A stretch of 60,369 nucleotides of DNA from assembly GCA_029242945.1 (NCBI GenBank), contig JAQWSZ010000009.1, positions 1 to 60,369 of the forward strand. Reading direction: 5' to 3'. The first letter of the stretch is position 1, and every line of letters starts with the position of its first letter. Positions 29,303 through 38,444 of the stretch are shown piece after piece. This DNA comes from Gammaproteobacteria bacterium (lineage in GTDB: Bacteria; Pseudomonadota; Gammaproteobacteria; Steroidobacterales; UBA11654). Made by a program: the position numbers and the translations under genes. Below the pieces are notes generated by a model, which had not been told where the DNA came from, searched no databases, and was given only the letters and a program-made list of their open reading frames with translations.

Positions 29303-29976
29303 ATGATTTATCGACAGCAATCAATTACGAAAGAGTATGCGATCAATCTTTAAGAAAAGTAGAAGAAACCGCTAAACCCAGAAGTAATCTATATACTTAT
29401 TTTTCTCTTTTGTTGGGTTCACCTCATGAATTAGTATTAGAATCTAAGATAAAATTCAATGACTCAATTTTGAAAGGGTTGCCGTATACTTTTGAAATCA
29501 GTGACTTAATTAAGGAATATAGTGAGACTGAAATCATTGATTTGAAGCGTCAGTATAGTGCTTTATTTGAAGTAGGCGATGAAGGGCCTCCAGCGCCAAT
29601 CAGAGAAGATCTATTTCTATCACAACCAGCAAAATTAAGAGAAGATTTGGTGCGTTTTTATGATTATTTTGGATACACTTTAAACGATGAGTTTCAATGG
29701 CAGATGGACCATCTGTCGATTGAGATTGAATTCATGCATTTTCTTATTTTTCAAGAACTAGAGTCAAACGATAATAAATTATCATTCCAGCTTGGCCAGT
29801 TAGATTTTTCAGAGAAGCATCTAGTGAATTGGATACCTGACTTGTCTGCTACAATTAATCGTCTAGGCAGTGGTGATATCTATTCTAAAATTGTTGTAGA
29901 ATTAAACAACTTTCTTTTAATCGATAATAATTGGCAAAAAGAAACAATTAATAGTATTCATAAAACGGGGAGTTAA
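29299..29976 (+). CDS. TorD/DmsD/EbdD-family Mo-enzyme maturation chaperone
   Basis: REDLVRFYDYFG, DHLSIEIEFM, F.EKHL.NW; ATGA overlap with the alpha gene. Confidence 0.85.
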   Translation: MNDLSTAINYERVCDQSLRKVEETAKPRSNLYTYFSLLLGSPHELVLESKIKFNDSILKGLPYTFEISDLIKEYSETEIIDLKRQYSALFEVGDEGPPAPIREDLFLSQPAKLREDLVRFYDYFGYTLNDEFQWQMDHLSIEIEFMHFLIFQELESNDNKLSFQLGQLDFSEKHLVNWIPDLSATINRLGSGDIYSKIVVELNNFLLIDNNWQKETINSIHKTGS

Positions 29977-29978
29977 GT

Positions 29979-30974
29979 ATGGGTCAAGTTGCAATGGTGA
30001 TTGATTTAAATAAGTGTATAGGTTGCCAAACCTGCACTACTGCTTGCAAGTCTTTATGGACAGATGAACCTGGTCAAGAATATATGCTCTGGAATAATGT
30101 TGAAACTAAGCCTGGTCCTGGGTATCCACGTTATTGGGAAGAAGGAGGAGGAGGTTGGGATGAACAAGGCAATCTCAATCGAGATGGTCTGATGCCTAAG
30201 AAGGAAGATCATGGTGGAGAAGTTCCTTTGAATCATGATGAAGTGTATTTCAAGGGCCTTGAGGTAAGATTGCAACAAGAAGAGCCCATGGCTAAAGGTA
30301 AGGGTGCAAATTGGGATGAAGATACAAGTTCAGGAGATTACCCTAATAATTACCATTTCTATTTACCAAGAATGTGTAATCATTGTACTAAGCCAGCATG
30401 TCTAGAAGCTTGTCCTGTAAGAGCTATTTATAAAAGAGAAGAAGATGGGGTTGTGCTTATTGATCAGGATAAATGTCAAGGCATTAGAGAATGCAATAAA
30501 GCATGTCCTTACGACAAAATATACTTTAATTATGTCACTGGAAAATCTCAGAAATGCATTTTTTGTTTTCCTAGATTGGAAGAAGGAGTCGCACCAGCGT
30601 GTGCAAGACAGTGTCCAGGAAGATTAAGATTTGTTGGTTATCTTGAAGATGAAAATGGACCAATCAATGAATTAGTTTATCAATGGAAGGTTGCTCTGCC
30701 TTTACATCCAGAATATGGAACCGATCCTAATGTTTTTTATGTACCTCCAATGTTGCCTCCAACGTTTGATGAAAAAGGTGAATTTGCTGATGAGCCTCGA
30801 GTTCCAACGGAATATCTTAGAAGTCTTTTCGGAGAAAATGTTGATGAAGCATTGATTACGATGCAGTATGAGATGGAGAAAAAACAAGAAGGTAAAGAAT
30901 CTAGATTAATGGATATCTTAATAGCAAAAGAATGGAAATCATTGTTCAGCATTCCTGATGTGAAGATTTATTAA
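29979..30974 (+). CDS. type II DMSO-reductase-family Fe-S beta subunit (EbdB/NarH-like)
   Basis: DLNKCIGCQTCTTACK, RMCNHC..PAC..ACP, KCQGIRECNKACPY (3Fe-4S type), KCIFC...CARQCPGR, LHPEYGT.PNVFYVPP. Confidence 0.92.
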   Translation: MGQVAMVIDLNKCIGCQTCTTACKSLWTDEPGQEYMLWNNVETKPGPGYPRYWEEGGGGWDEQGNLNRDGLMPKKEDHGGEVPLNHDEVYFKGLEVRLQQEEPMAKGKGANWDEDTSSGDYPNNYHFYLPRMCNHCTKPACLEACPVRAIYKREEDGVVLIDQDKCQGIRECNKACPYDKIYFNYVTGKSQKCIFCFPRLEEGVAPACARQCPGRLRFVGYLEDENGPINELVYQWKVALPLHPEYGTDPNVFYVPPMLPPTFDEKGEFADEPRVPTEYLRSLFGENVDEALITMQYEMEKKQEGKESRLMDILIAKEWKSLFSIPDVKIY

Positions 30975-31003
30975 TTAGTGAATAACTCTTAAGGAAACTT
31001 CAA

Positions 31004-32968
31004 ATGGAGCTTTCAAAAGGCCGAATTTTTTTAATTATGACATCGCTGGTCTTGTCTTCAGTAATGGCAAGTCTAGACTCGAGTTTTACTCCCATTGCCA
31101 TCCCAGACATGATCGATAAACTTGACTCAAGCACCAGTGAGGTGGTTTGGGTTGCCCTGGGATACTTAATTGCTGCAAGTGGACCAATGTTACTAGCTGC
31201 AAAAATGGCAGATGGTATTGGCCATGCAAGATTTTTCCAGATAGGTACATTGATTTATAGTCTTGCAATGATTGCATGTGCCTGGGCTCCTGATGCAAAC
31301 ACACTTATTGCAATCCGCTTTATCCAAGGTTTTGGTATGGCCTTATTTTTACCCACTACATTTGCAATTGCTACTGCCATGTATGGGCCAGAGAAAAGAG
31401 GAAGCGCACTTGGAATTCTTCAAGCAGCCAATGCAGTTGGCTTTGTTATGGGACCTGTTTTTGCTGGCTGGTTAATTGATGCTTATGATTGGACAGCAAT
31501 ATTCTGGTCTCGCATACCTTTCGCTATTCTGGCTATTTTATTGGCTTTTTTTGCCCTTGGTTTTAAGCATCCTTTTCAGTTCTCTGAAAGAAAGAAGACA
31601 TACGATTATCTTGGAGCAGTTTATTTAACGGTTGCATTATTTGGCATACTTTATGGATGTAATAAATTGCCAGTAGAGGATAATCATCTAGATCTTTCAA
31701 CTTGGATTATATTTGCACTTGGTTTTATTTTTTTTGTTTTCTTTATCAAACAGGAAAGCAAGCATAGTGATCCATTAATTGATCTGACTCTTTTTTCAAA
31801 TAGTAATGATTTTTCAAAAGCTTCAATAGCTTTTGCCTCTGTTTTTGCTAGTTTTCCTGTCTACCTTTTTATACTCCCAATTATTATGATTAGTGGTCTA
31901 GAGATGAAAGCTTGGGATGCAGGCCTTGCTTTAGGCTTGGCAGCTTTAGCAACTTTGCTAATTAGTCCAGTTGCTGGAAATCAGTCTGATAAAATTGGAC
32001 CTGGTAAATTATGTATGATGGGTGCTTTAATTACTGCTATCGGCTATCTTTGTCTTTTTCTAGTATCAGCTGATTCAACGGTGTTTTCAATATTGCCAGC
32101 TATGGCATTAATTGGAGCTGGAACAGGTTTATTCTTTTCTCCTAATAATAATTTAATGTTATCGAGCGCTCCTCCAGAAAGGGCAGGAATGGTGTCCGGA
32201 CTTTTTGGTGTTCTAAGACAATCAGGTTATGCTCTAGGCTTTGCTATTACTGCCAGTCTTTTTACTGCTATTCAAAATTATTTTGATCTTCAATGGGCTT
32301 ATTCTTCAATAGATCCCATGTCTCAAAGCTCAGCGTTAAGCATTACTGATATCTATCATCAAGGCAGTCAATGGTCTCCTGAAATGCTTGTTTTTATTTT
32401 GCATATTGGGGTTTTATTGTGCACAAGTATACTTATTATTACATTCATTAATTCACTACCGAAAATTCAACTCAATATTGCTAAACATTCTCTTATAGTT
32501 GCTTCTTCACTGCTTATTGCTTTTCTATCCATCGCTGTATTTAGTTTAAATGCACCTGGCTATCTTAAGAAAGATGACCTCTCAGCAAATCTTACTAATA
32601 ATGATAAAAATCCAATCAGTCCTTTTGGAATGTCATCCAGATCATTCAAAATTATCACCACTGCCAATGCTGAAAAAAATGATCAAACTGACAACAATAC
32701 AAGCAATGTTAATTATGACAGTCGATGTGTTTTTTGTCATGGTTCTAATTTGGAGGGTATACCCGGTTTAGGAGTCTCTATCAAAGACTCTATGTTTCTA
32801 AAGAAAATGAATGTAGATGAAATTATAATTTTTTTAAAAGAAGGGCGAATGTCTAATTCTACTGATAGCATATCTGGCGGCGTAATGCCTGGTTTTTCAT
32901 GGTTGCCTGATGAAGAGATTAAAGACATTGCAGTTTTTATAAAATCGGCTAGCAGTAACTCTGAATGA
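31004..32968 (+). CDS. DHA2-type MFS transporter fused to a C-terminal class I cytochrome c domain
   Basis: 14 MFS helices (RFIQGFG, GPVFAG, PLIDL.LF), an extra helix, an Asn/Asp-rich linker, then CVFCH (32726-32740) and GGVMPGF...EEIKDIAVFI. Confidence 0.85.
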   Translation: MELSKGRIFLIMTSLVLSSVMASLDSSFTPIAIPDMIDKLDSSTSEVVWVALGYLIAASGPMLLAAKMADGIGHARFFQIGTLIYSLAMIACAWAPDANTLIAIRFIQGFGMALFLPTTFAIATAMYGPEKRGSALGILQAANAVGFVMGPVFAGWLIDAYDWTAIFWSRIPFAILAILLAFFALGFKHPFQFSERKKTYDYLGAVYLTVALFGILYGCNKLPVEDNHLDLSTWIIFALGFIFFVFFIKQESKHSDPLIDLTLFSNSNDFSKASIAFASVFASFPVYLFILPIIMISGLEMKAWDAGLALGLAALATLLISPVAGNQSDKIGPGKLCMMGALITAIGYLCLFLVSADSTVFSILPAMALIGAGTGLFFSPNNNLMLSSAPPERAGMVSGLFGVLRQSGYALGFAITASLFTAIQNYFDLQWAYSSIDPMSQSSALSITDIYHQGSQWSPEMLVFILHIGVLLCTSILIITFINSLPKIQLNIAKHSLIVASSLLIAFLSIAVFSLNAPGYLKKDDLSANLTNNDKNPISPFGMSSRSFKIITTANAEKNDQTDNNTSNVNYDSRCVFCHGSNLEGIPGLGVSIKDSMFLKKMNVDEIIIFLKEGRMSNSTDSISGGVMPGFSWLPDEEIKDIAVFIKSASSNSE

Positions 32969-34281
32969 GCCTTATTTCTGTTGAGAATAAACCCAGTGCA
33001 TTATCGGCATGGTATGCAGTCATCGTATTGCTATTTGCCTACGTTTTATCGTTTGTAGATAGAATAATTATGAGTCTTCTTGTGATTCCTATTCAAAAAG
33101 ATTTAGATATTTCAGATACTCAGATGGGACTTCTTATGGGCCTTGCTTTTGCAATATTTTATACTGTAGTAGGTATACCAATAGCTAGATTATCTGATGT
33201 AAAAAGTAGGAAAATTATTGTCTCTATAGGTATTTTTCTATGGAGTATTATGACAGCTGTTTGCGGGCTTGCTAGAAGCTTTTTGGAGTTATTTTTAGCA
33301 AGAATAGGAGTTGGTGTGGGTGAAGCAACACTCTCACCGGCGGCTTATTCTATGATTGCTGACTATTTTCCTGAAAATAAGTTAGGCAAAGCCATTGCCG
33401 TTTATCAGTCTGGAGCACTCTTTGGTAGCGGTATTGCCTTTATTATTGGAGGAGCGATTGTTGGTTTGATTGTCAATTCCAGTGCTACATCATTGCCTTT
33501 CTTAGGAGAGCTTCAACCTTGGCAATTGGCATTCATTATAGTAGGACTTCCTGGTGTTTTAATGGCTCTTGTAATGTTAAGTGTGAAGGAGCCCAAAAGA
33601 ACAGGAATTAAAAAGGATCTTGGGACATCGGTTACTATAAAAGATGCAGTCAGATATATGGTTAAAAATTCGAAAGTGTATCTTTCAGTTTTTATAGGAT
33701 TCAGTATGCTTGCAATTCCTATTACGACTATTTTTACTTGGTATCCAACTTATCTACAAAGAATTCATGATCTTACAATAGGCGAGAGTGGAAAAATACT
33801 AGGATTAATTCTATTTTTTCTTTCAAGTTCAGGAGTCTTTTTTGGTGGTTGGTTAGTTGATTTTTTAAAACGAAGAAATTATCAAGATAGTTTTTTTCGA
33901 GTGGGTTTGATTGCAGCAATCACTCCAGTACCGTTTACTCTTTTTGTGTCATCAATGTCAGATATAGATGCTACGATAATCCTATTGTGCCCATTTATTT
34001 TCCTTGCCAGTATGCCTCTTGCTATTGGTCCAATTGTACTTCAAATTATTTCACCTAATCAATTGAGAGCACAAACAGGTGCAATTTATATGTTATTTAT
34101 GAATTTATTGACAGCAGCTATTGCTACTTCAGGGATTGGTTTTATTACCGATTATATTTTTGAAAATCCTTTAGATGTGGGGCAGTCTATTATGATTGTT
34201 AATATTGTTTCTGCCCCTGTTGCTTTTTTGGCTCTATCTTATGGTTTATTTCATTACAACAAAACATTAACAAAAGAGTAA
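32965..34281 (+). CDS. MFS transporter, spinster-like
   Basis: SFVDR.I.SLLV.PI..DL.ISDTQ.GLL.G.AF, RIGVGVGEA.LSP.AYS.IADYFP; ATGA overlap with the upstream gene. Confidence 0.9.
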   Translation: MSLISVENKPSALSAWYAVIVLLFAYVLSFVDRIIMSLLVIPIQKDLDISDTQMGLLMGLAFAIFYTVVGIPIARLSDVKSRKIIVSIGIFLWSIMTAVCGLARSFLELFLARIGVGVGEATLSPAAYSMIADYFPENKLGKAIAVYQSGALFGSGIAFIIGGAIVGLIVNSSATSLPFLGELQPWQLAFIIVGLPGVLMALVMLSVKEPKRTGIKKDLGTSVTIKDAVRYMVKNSKVYLSVFIGFSMLAIPITTIFTWYPTYLQRIHDLTIGESGKILGLILFFLSSSGVFFGGWLVDFLKRRNYQDSFFRVGLIAAITPVPFTLFVSSMSDIDATIILLCPFIFLASMPLAIGPIVLQIISPNQLRAQTGAIYMLFMNLLTAAIATSGIGFITDYIFENPLDVGQSIMIVNIVSAPVAFLALSYGLFHYNKTLTKE

Positions 34282-34357
34282 ATATCTACTATGATTAATG
34301 GCTAGCCTTTAAAGAAATTGAGCGGGCTTAATAATAACGAAAGAGGAGATTTTGAAT

Positions 34358-34990
34358 ATGTCAGATGAATCAACACAAGAAAACTATGCTGGTGTTTGGG
34401 ACACAGGTCTAGGTTTTGGGAAAAAGTCAGCACTTATTGTTATAGATCTATTGCAAGGTTATACGACCGAGGGTTCTGCATTGTATGCACCAGGAGTCAT
34501 CGATTGTGTAGCACAGATGCCAGACATATTAGCTTTAGCAAGATCTAAAGAGGTTCCAGTCATACATACAAGAGTTTTGTATACACCACCTGATTATCCA
34601 GAAGGCGGTATTTGGATTAAAAAAGCCCCTGTACTCAAAGATCTTGTTTTGGGTAATCCTTATGCAGAGTTTTGTGAAGGCGTCGAACCTGCTGAAGGTG
34701 AACTAGTAATTGTTAAGCAATATGCCAGTGCCTTTTTTGGAACTTCATTGGTTGCAACACTAAATGGATTAGATGTTGACACACTTATTATTACAGGCTG
34801 CACAACTTCTGGTTGCATTAGAGCTACAGCTGTTGATTGCGTTCAACATGGATTTAGACCCATTTGTGTAAGAGAGTGTATCGGAGATAGGGCTGAGGGA
34901 CCGCATGAAGCTAATTTATTTGACATCAATGCCAAGTATGGAGATGTAATAGGTAAGGATGTAGCAATGGATTATCTCAATAATTTATAA
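34358..34990 (+). CDS. isochorismatase-family cysteine hydrolase (N-carbamoylsarcosine/maleamate amidase-like)
   Basis: LIVID, KQYASAFFGT, GCTTSGCIRATAVD (Asp-Lys-Cys triad), KYGDV; GAGGAG RBS. Confidence 0.9.
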   Translation: MSDESTQENYAGVWDTGLGFGKKSALIVIDLLQGYTTEGSALYAPGVIDCVAQMPDILALARSKEVPVIHTRVLYTPPDYPEGGIWIKKAPVLKDLVLGNPYAEFCEGVEPAEGELVIVKQYASAFFGTSLVATLNGLDVDTLIITGCTTSGCIRATAVDCVQHGFRPICVRECIGDRAEGPHEANLFDINAKYGDVIGKDVAMDYLNNL

Positions 34991-35025
34991 ACTGTTTTTA
35001 ATTAATTAAGTAAGAGGAATTTAGA

Positions 35026-35949
35026 ATGAGCGATTTAACACAAAGTAAACATTATGATTATATTCCGATCATCGATCGTGAACCTTTCAAGTTGCCTGAT
35101 GGGGCAAGAGTTGCAGTGATGCCTTATCTTAATATTGAGCATTTTCCAGCAGCAATAGCTGGAACATCCTTAATACCTGGCACAGCTGGTTTTTCTCCAG
35201 ATCCTTTAAATTATGGTTGGAGAGACTATGGCAATAGAGTAGGGTTATGGAGAATGAAAGAACTTATGGATAAACTGGGGATGAGAGCAACGGTTTGCTT
35301 AAATTCAGAAATTATTAGAGAGTATCCTAGAATTGTTGAAGAAGCATTAGCCAGTAATTGGGCTTTTATTGGTCATGGTATCAATAATGCACCAGCAAAT
35401 TTTATTGGAAATGCTCCTGATGGCCAAGGAGGCCATACTCCATTAAGTGAAGATAGGGAAAGAGAAATTATTAGCACGGTTTGTAATTCAATGGAAGAAG
35501 CCATTGGAAGGAAAACAAAGGGTTGGTTAAGTCCTTTTTTAACACACACCGATAATACCCCCAGAATTCTTGAAGAAAATGGGGTTGAATATTTATGTGA
35601 TTACACAGCTGATGATCATCCTTTTAAGTTTAATACACCAAATAACAACCTCATTGCAGTTCCTTATACAGTTGAATTGAACGATATACCTGCTTTCCTA
35701 GGACACTCCGGAGTTGGTGTTTCTTCTGAAGCTTTTGGAGATATGATCGTTGACCAGTTTGATGTTCTTTATGAAGAAGGTGCTACCAATGCTAGATGTA
35801 TGCCAATTTGTTTGCATACCTTTCATGTTGGTCAGCCTAATAAATTCAAACATCTGAAAAGAGCCTTTGAATATATTGCTAGCCATGATGATGTATTGCT
35901 TACAACCGGCGATGACATCAATGATTGGTATAGAGCACAATATATGTAA
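35026..35949 (+). CDS. polysaccharide-deacetylase-fold hydrolase, PuuE allantoinase-like
   Basis: NIEHF, RDYGNRVG.WR, GHG, GWLSP, DDHP, PYTVELND, LH.FHVGQP. Confidence 0.85.
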   Translation: MSDLTQSKHYDYIPIIDREPFKLPDGARVAVMPYLNIEHFPAAIAGTSLIPGTAGFSPDPLNYGWRDYGNRVGLWRMKELMDKLGMRATVCLNSEIIREYPRIVEEALASNWAFIGHGINNAPANFIGNAPDGQGGHTPLSEDREREIISTVCNSMEEAIGRKTKGWLSPFLTHTDNTPRILEENGVEYLCDYTADDHPFKFNTPNNNLIAVPYTVELNDIPAFLGHSGVGVSSEAFGDMIVDQFDVLYEEGATNARCMPICLHTFHVGQPNKFKHLKRAFEYIASHDDVLLTTGDDINDWYRAQYM

Positions 35950-36025
35950 ACAAAAAAGTCCAAGTTTATTTGGACTTAGTACAATAAACATGGGTAGTTT
36001 ATAGACTACCCATGAAAAAAAACCC

Positions 36026-37297
36026 ATGAAAAATAAGCTTCTTTATTTAACTGTCATGATCTGCTTGGTATTCAGTAATGAGTATCTGTTAAGTCAGCCT
36101 ATGCCGCCAAAATTACCCGATGTGGGACCAACGGTCATGAGATTACCAACATTACTTAAACAATCACCCATTAATTTAAAAGTACCAAAAGGTTTTAAAG
36201 TAGATCTACTTGTAGATAACTTGAGTTCACCAAGATGGTTGCTAGTGCTTCCTAATGACAATATTTTGGTAGCACAATCAAGAACAGAATCGTTACCAGG
36301 TTTGCCTCTTGAGACATTGAAGATACTATCAAAAATGAATCTTTTTGGCCCTTCACCTAATAATATAATAGAAGTCAATTATAGCGAAGGCAAGTATCAG
36401 TCAAAATCTATAATCACTGACTTAAACCAACCTTTTGGAATGATTTATTTTCAAGAACATCTCTATATTGCTAATACCGATTCAATTTTAAAATTTGATT
36501 ATGAAGATTTTAAGATTAACTCAGCACCTCAGAAAATTATAGATATACCAGCAGGACCTCCTAATAATCATTGGACTCGAAATATTATCTTAAATAAAGA
36601 TTTTGATAAAATATTAATCTCAGTTGGTTCTGGAACGAATGTAAATGAAGAAGGAACGGATAATAATGAACGTGCATCCATCTGGGAAATAAATCTAGAT
36701 GGAACTGGAAAAAAATTGTTTGCAACTGGACTCAGAAATCCAGTAGGAATGGCCTTTGAACCAATTAGTGAAAAGCTTTGGACAACAGTGAATGAAAGAG
36801 ATGGGTTGGGCGAATTTTTGCCACCTGATTATTTCACTGAAGTGGTTGAAGGTGAATTCTATGGTTGGCCATATGTTTATTATGGAATTTATCCTGACCC
36901 AAGTCAGTTAAAACTCAACCCCTTAAAAGTAGAAAAAGCACTAACACATTCAAGAGTACCAGATTTACCTGTGGGTTCTCATACGGTTCCTTTGGGCTTG
37001 TTGTTTCATAGTGGAAAAAATATTAACCCTAAATACAAAAATGGAGCTTTTATTGCAAGGAGGGGTGGCGTTTCTACATCCAAGTTAGTTGGATACGATG
37101 TTATATTTATACCGTTTGAAGATGGTTATCCCACAGGAGAGATAGAGGTTTTTCTTTCAGGTTTTATTGCCGATATGGCCAAAGGGGAAATTCATGGTAG
37201 GCCTGTTGGTATAACCGAAATGAATGATGGCTCTATTCTTATTGCAGATGATGTAGGCGGGAAAATATGGCGTATTAGCTATAGTGAAGACAATTAA
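36026..37297 (+). CDS. PQQ-dependent sugar/sorbosone dehydrogenase family protein
   Basis: Signal peptide; VPKGF, NNHWTR, SVGS..N, GLRNPVG, VNERD.LG, YGWPY, GRPVG, ADD.GG.IWR. Confidence 0.88.
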   Translation: MKNKLLYLTVMICLVFSNEYLLSQPMPPKLPDVGPTVMRLPTLLKQSPINLKVPKGFKVDLLVDNLSSPRWLLVLPNDNILVAQSRTESLPGLPLETLKILSKMNLFGPSPNNIIEVNYSEGKYQSKSIITDLNQPFGMIYFQEHLYIANTDSILKFDYEDFKINSAPQKIIDIPAGPPNNHWTRNIILNKDFDKILISVGSGTNVNEEGTDNNERASIWEINLDGTGKKLFATGLRNPVGMAFEPISEKLWTTVNERDGLGEFLPPDYFTEVVEGEFYGWPYVYYGIYPDPSQLKLNPLKVEKALTHSRVPDLPVGSHTVPLGLLFHSGKNINPKYKNGAFIARRGGVSTSKLVGYDVIFIPFEDGYPTGEIEVFLSGFIADMAKGEIHGRPVGITEMNDGSILIADDVGGKIWRISYSEDN

Positions 37298-38444
37298 GAC
37301 CAATCTACTAATAGCAGGAGGCGGACTCGCTTCTTGCATACTCGCTTATAGAATTAAATCATTGTCATCTGATATCGATTTTTTAGTAGTTGAGAAAGAT
37401 CATCAGTTGGGAGGTAATCATAATTGGTCCTTTCACACCACCGATATTAGTAATTCTCAATTTGAATGGCTCTCCCCTTTAATAACCTTTCGTTGGAATG
37501 AACACGATGTTGTTTTTCCCCAGTACTCTAGAACTATTAAGGGAGGATATAACACTATTACTTCCATCGATATGCATGAAAAATTGATGCCTCTCATTGG
37601 CAATCATGTTCTTTTTGATAACGCTATCAATTATTTAGATAATAAAGTAGCAAAGCTGGATGATGGCACAGTAATTGAAGCGGATATAGTTATCGATGCA
37701 ATGGGCAACTCACCTTCTAAAGGTATTACTATTGCGTATCAAAAATTTTTAGGAATTGAGATTGAGCTAAATAAAACTCATAACATAGAAAGACCTATAT
37801 TGATGGATGCTGCAGTTGAGCAAATTGATGGTTACCGATTTATGTATACGCTACCTTTTTCTGAAAAGAAATTATTAGTCGAGGACACAAGATACAGCGA
37901 TAGTTCGCAAATAAACGAAGAAGAATACCAAGCTCAGATTATGAAGTATCTTGATATGAAAGGCTGGCAAGACTGTAAAATTATAAAAAAAGAAAAAGGA
38001 GTGCTGCCCATCATCTTGAATGGTAATTATTCTAATGTGTTTAATAAGGAAATTGGAATGATTGGAATGAAAGCACTCTTATGTCATCCAACGACAGGTT
38101 ACTCATTGCCTCATGCTGTTAAGATTGCTGATCTTATTTCCAGTAAAATTTACAATAAAAGTAATAAGATTAATGATGATATTAAGCAATATTCAATCCA
38201 ATCATGGAAAAAAGACGAATTTTTTAGAGTATTAAATAGAATGCTCTTTTGGGCATGCGAGCCTAGCTCTAGATATAAAGTCTTCCAGCGTTTTTATACA
38301 TTACCTGAATCTTTGATAGCTAAGTTTTATTCCAGAGAGTATTTATTTATCGAGAAAATAAAAATGATGATTGGAATGATGGATGGCTTTAAGCCACCCA
38401 TAAAAATTAGTAAAGCACTAAAGGCATTATATAGGAATGAATAA
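37284..38444 (+). CDS. crtY: lycopene beta-cyclase
   Basis: GGGLA, GGNHNWSFH, QKFLG.E, LMDA.V.Q.DGYRF.Y.LP, EDTRYS, HPTTGYSLP, LNRMLF. Confidence 0.92.
   Translation: MKTIKTNLLIAGGGLASCILAYRIKSLSSDIDFLVVEKDHQLGGNHNWSFHTTDISNSQFEWLSPLITFRWNEHDVVFPQYSRTIKGGYNTITSIDMHEKLMPLIGNHVLFDNAINYLDNKVAKLDDGTVIEADIVIDAMGNSPSKGITIAYQKFLGIEIELNKTHNIERPILMDAAVEQIDGYRFMYTLPFSEKKLLVEDTRYSDSSQINEEEYQAQIMKYLDMKGWQDCKIIKKEKGVLPIILNGNYSNVFNKEIGMIGMKALLCHPTTGYSLPHAVKIADLISSKIYNKSNKINDDIKQYSIQSWKKDEFFRVLNRMLFWACEPSSRYKVFQRFYTLPESLIAKFYSREYLFIEKIKMMIGMMDGFKPPIKISKALKALYRNE

Noticed and set aside
26552-30974. Respiratory nitrate reductase narGJH
   Set aside because: The alpha subunit is only 916 aa with a Tat signal, beta is 331 aa, and there is no narI or narK.
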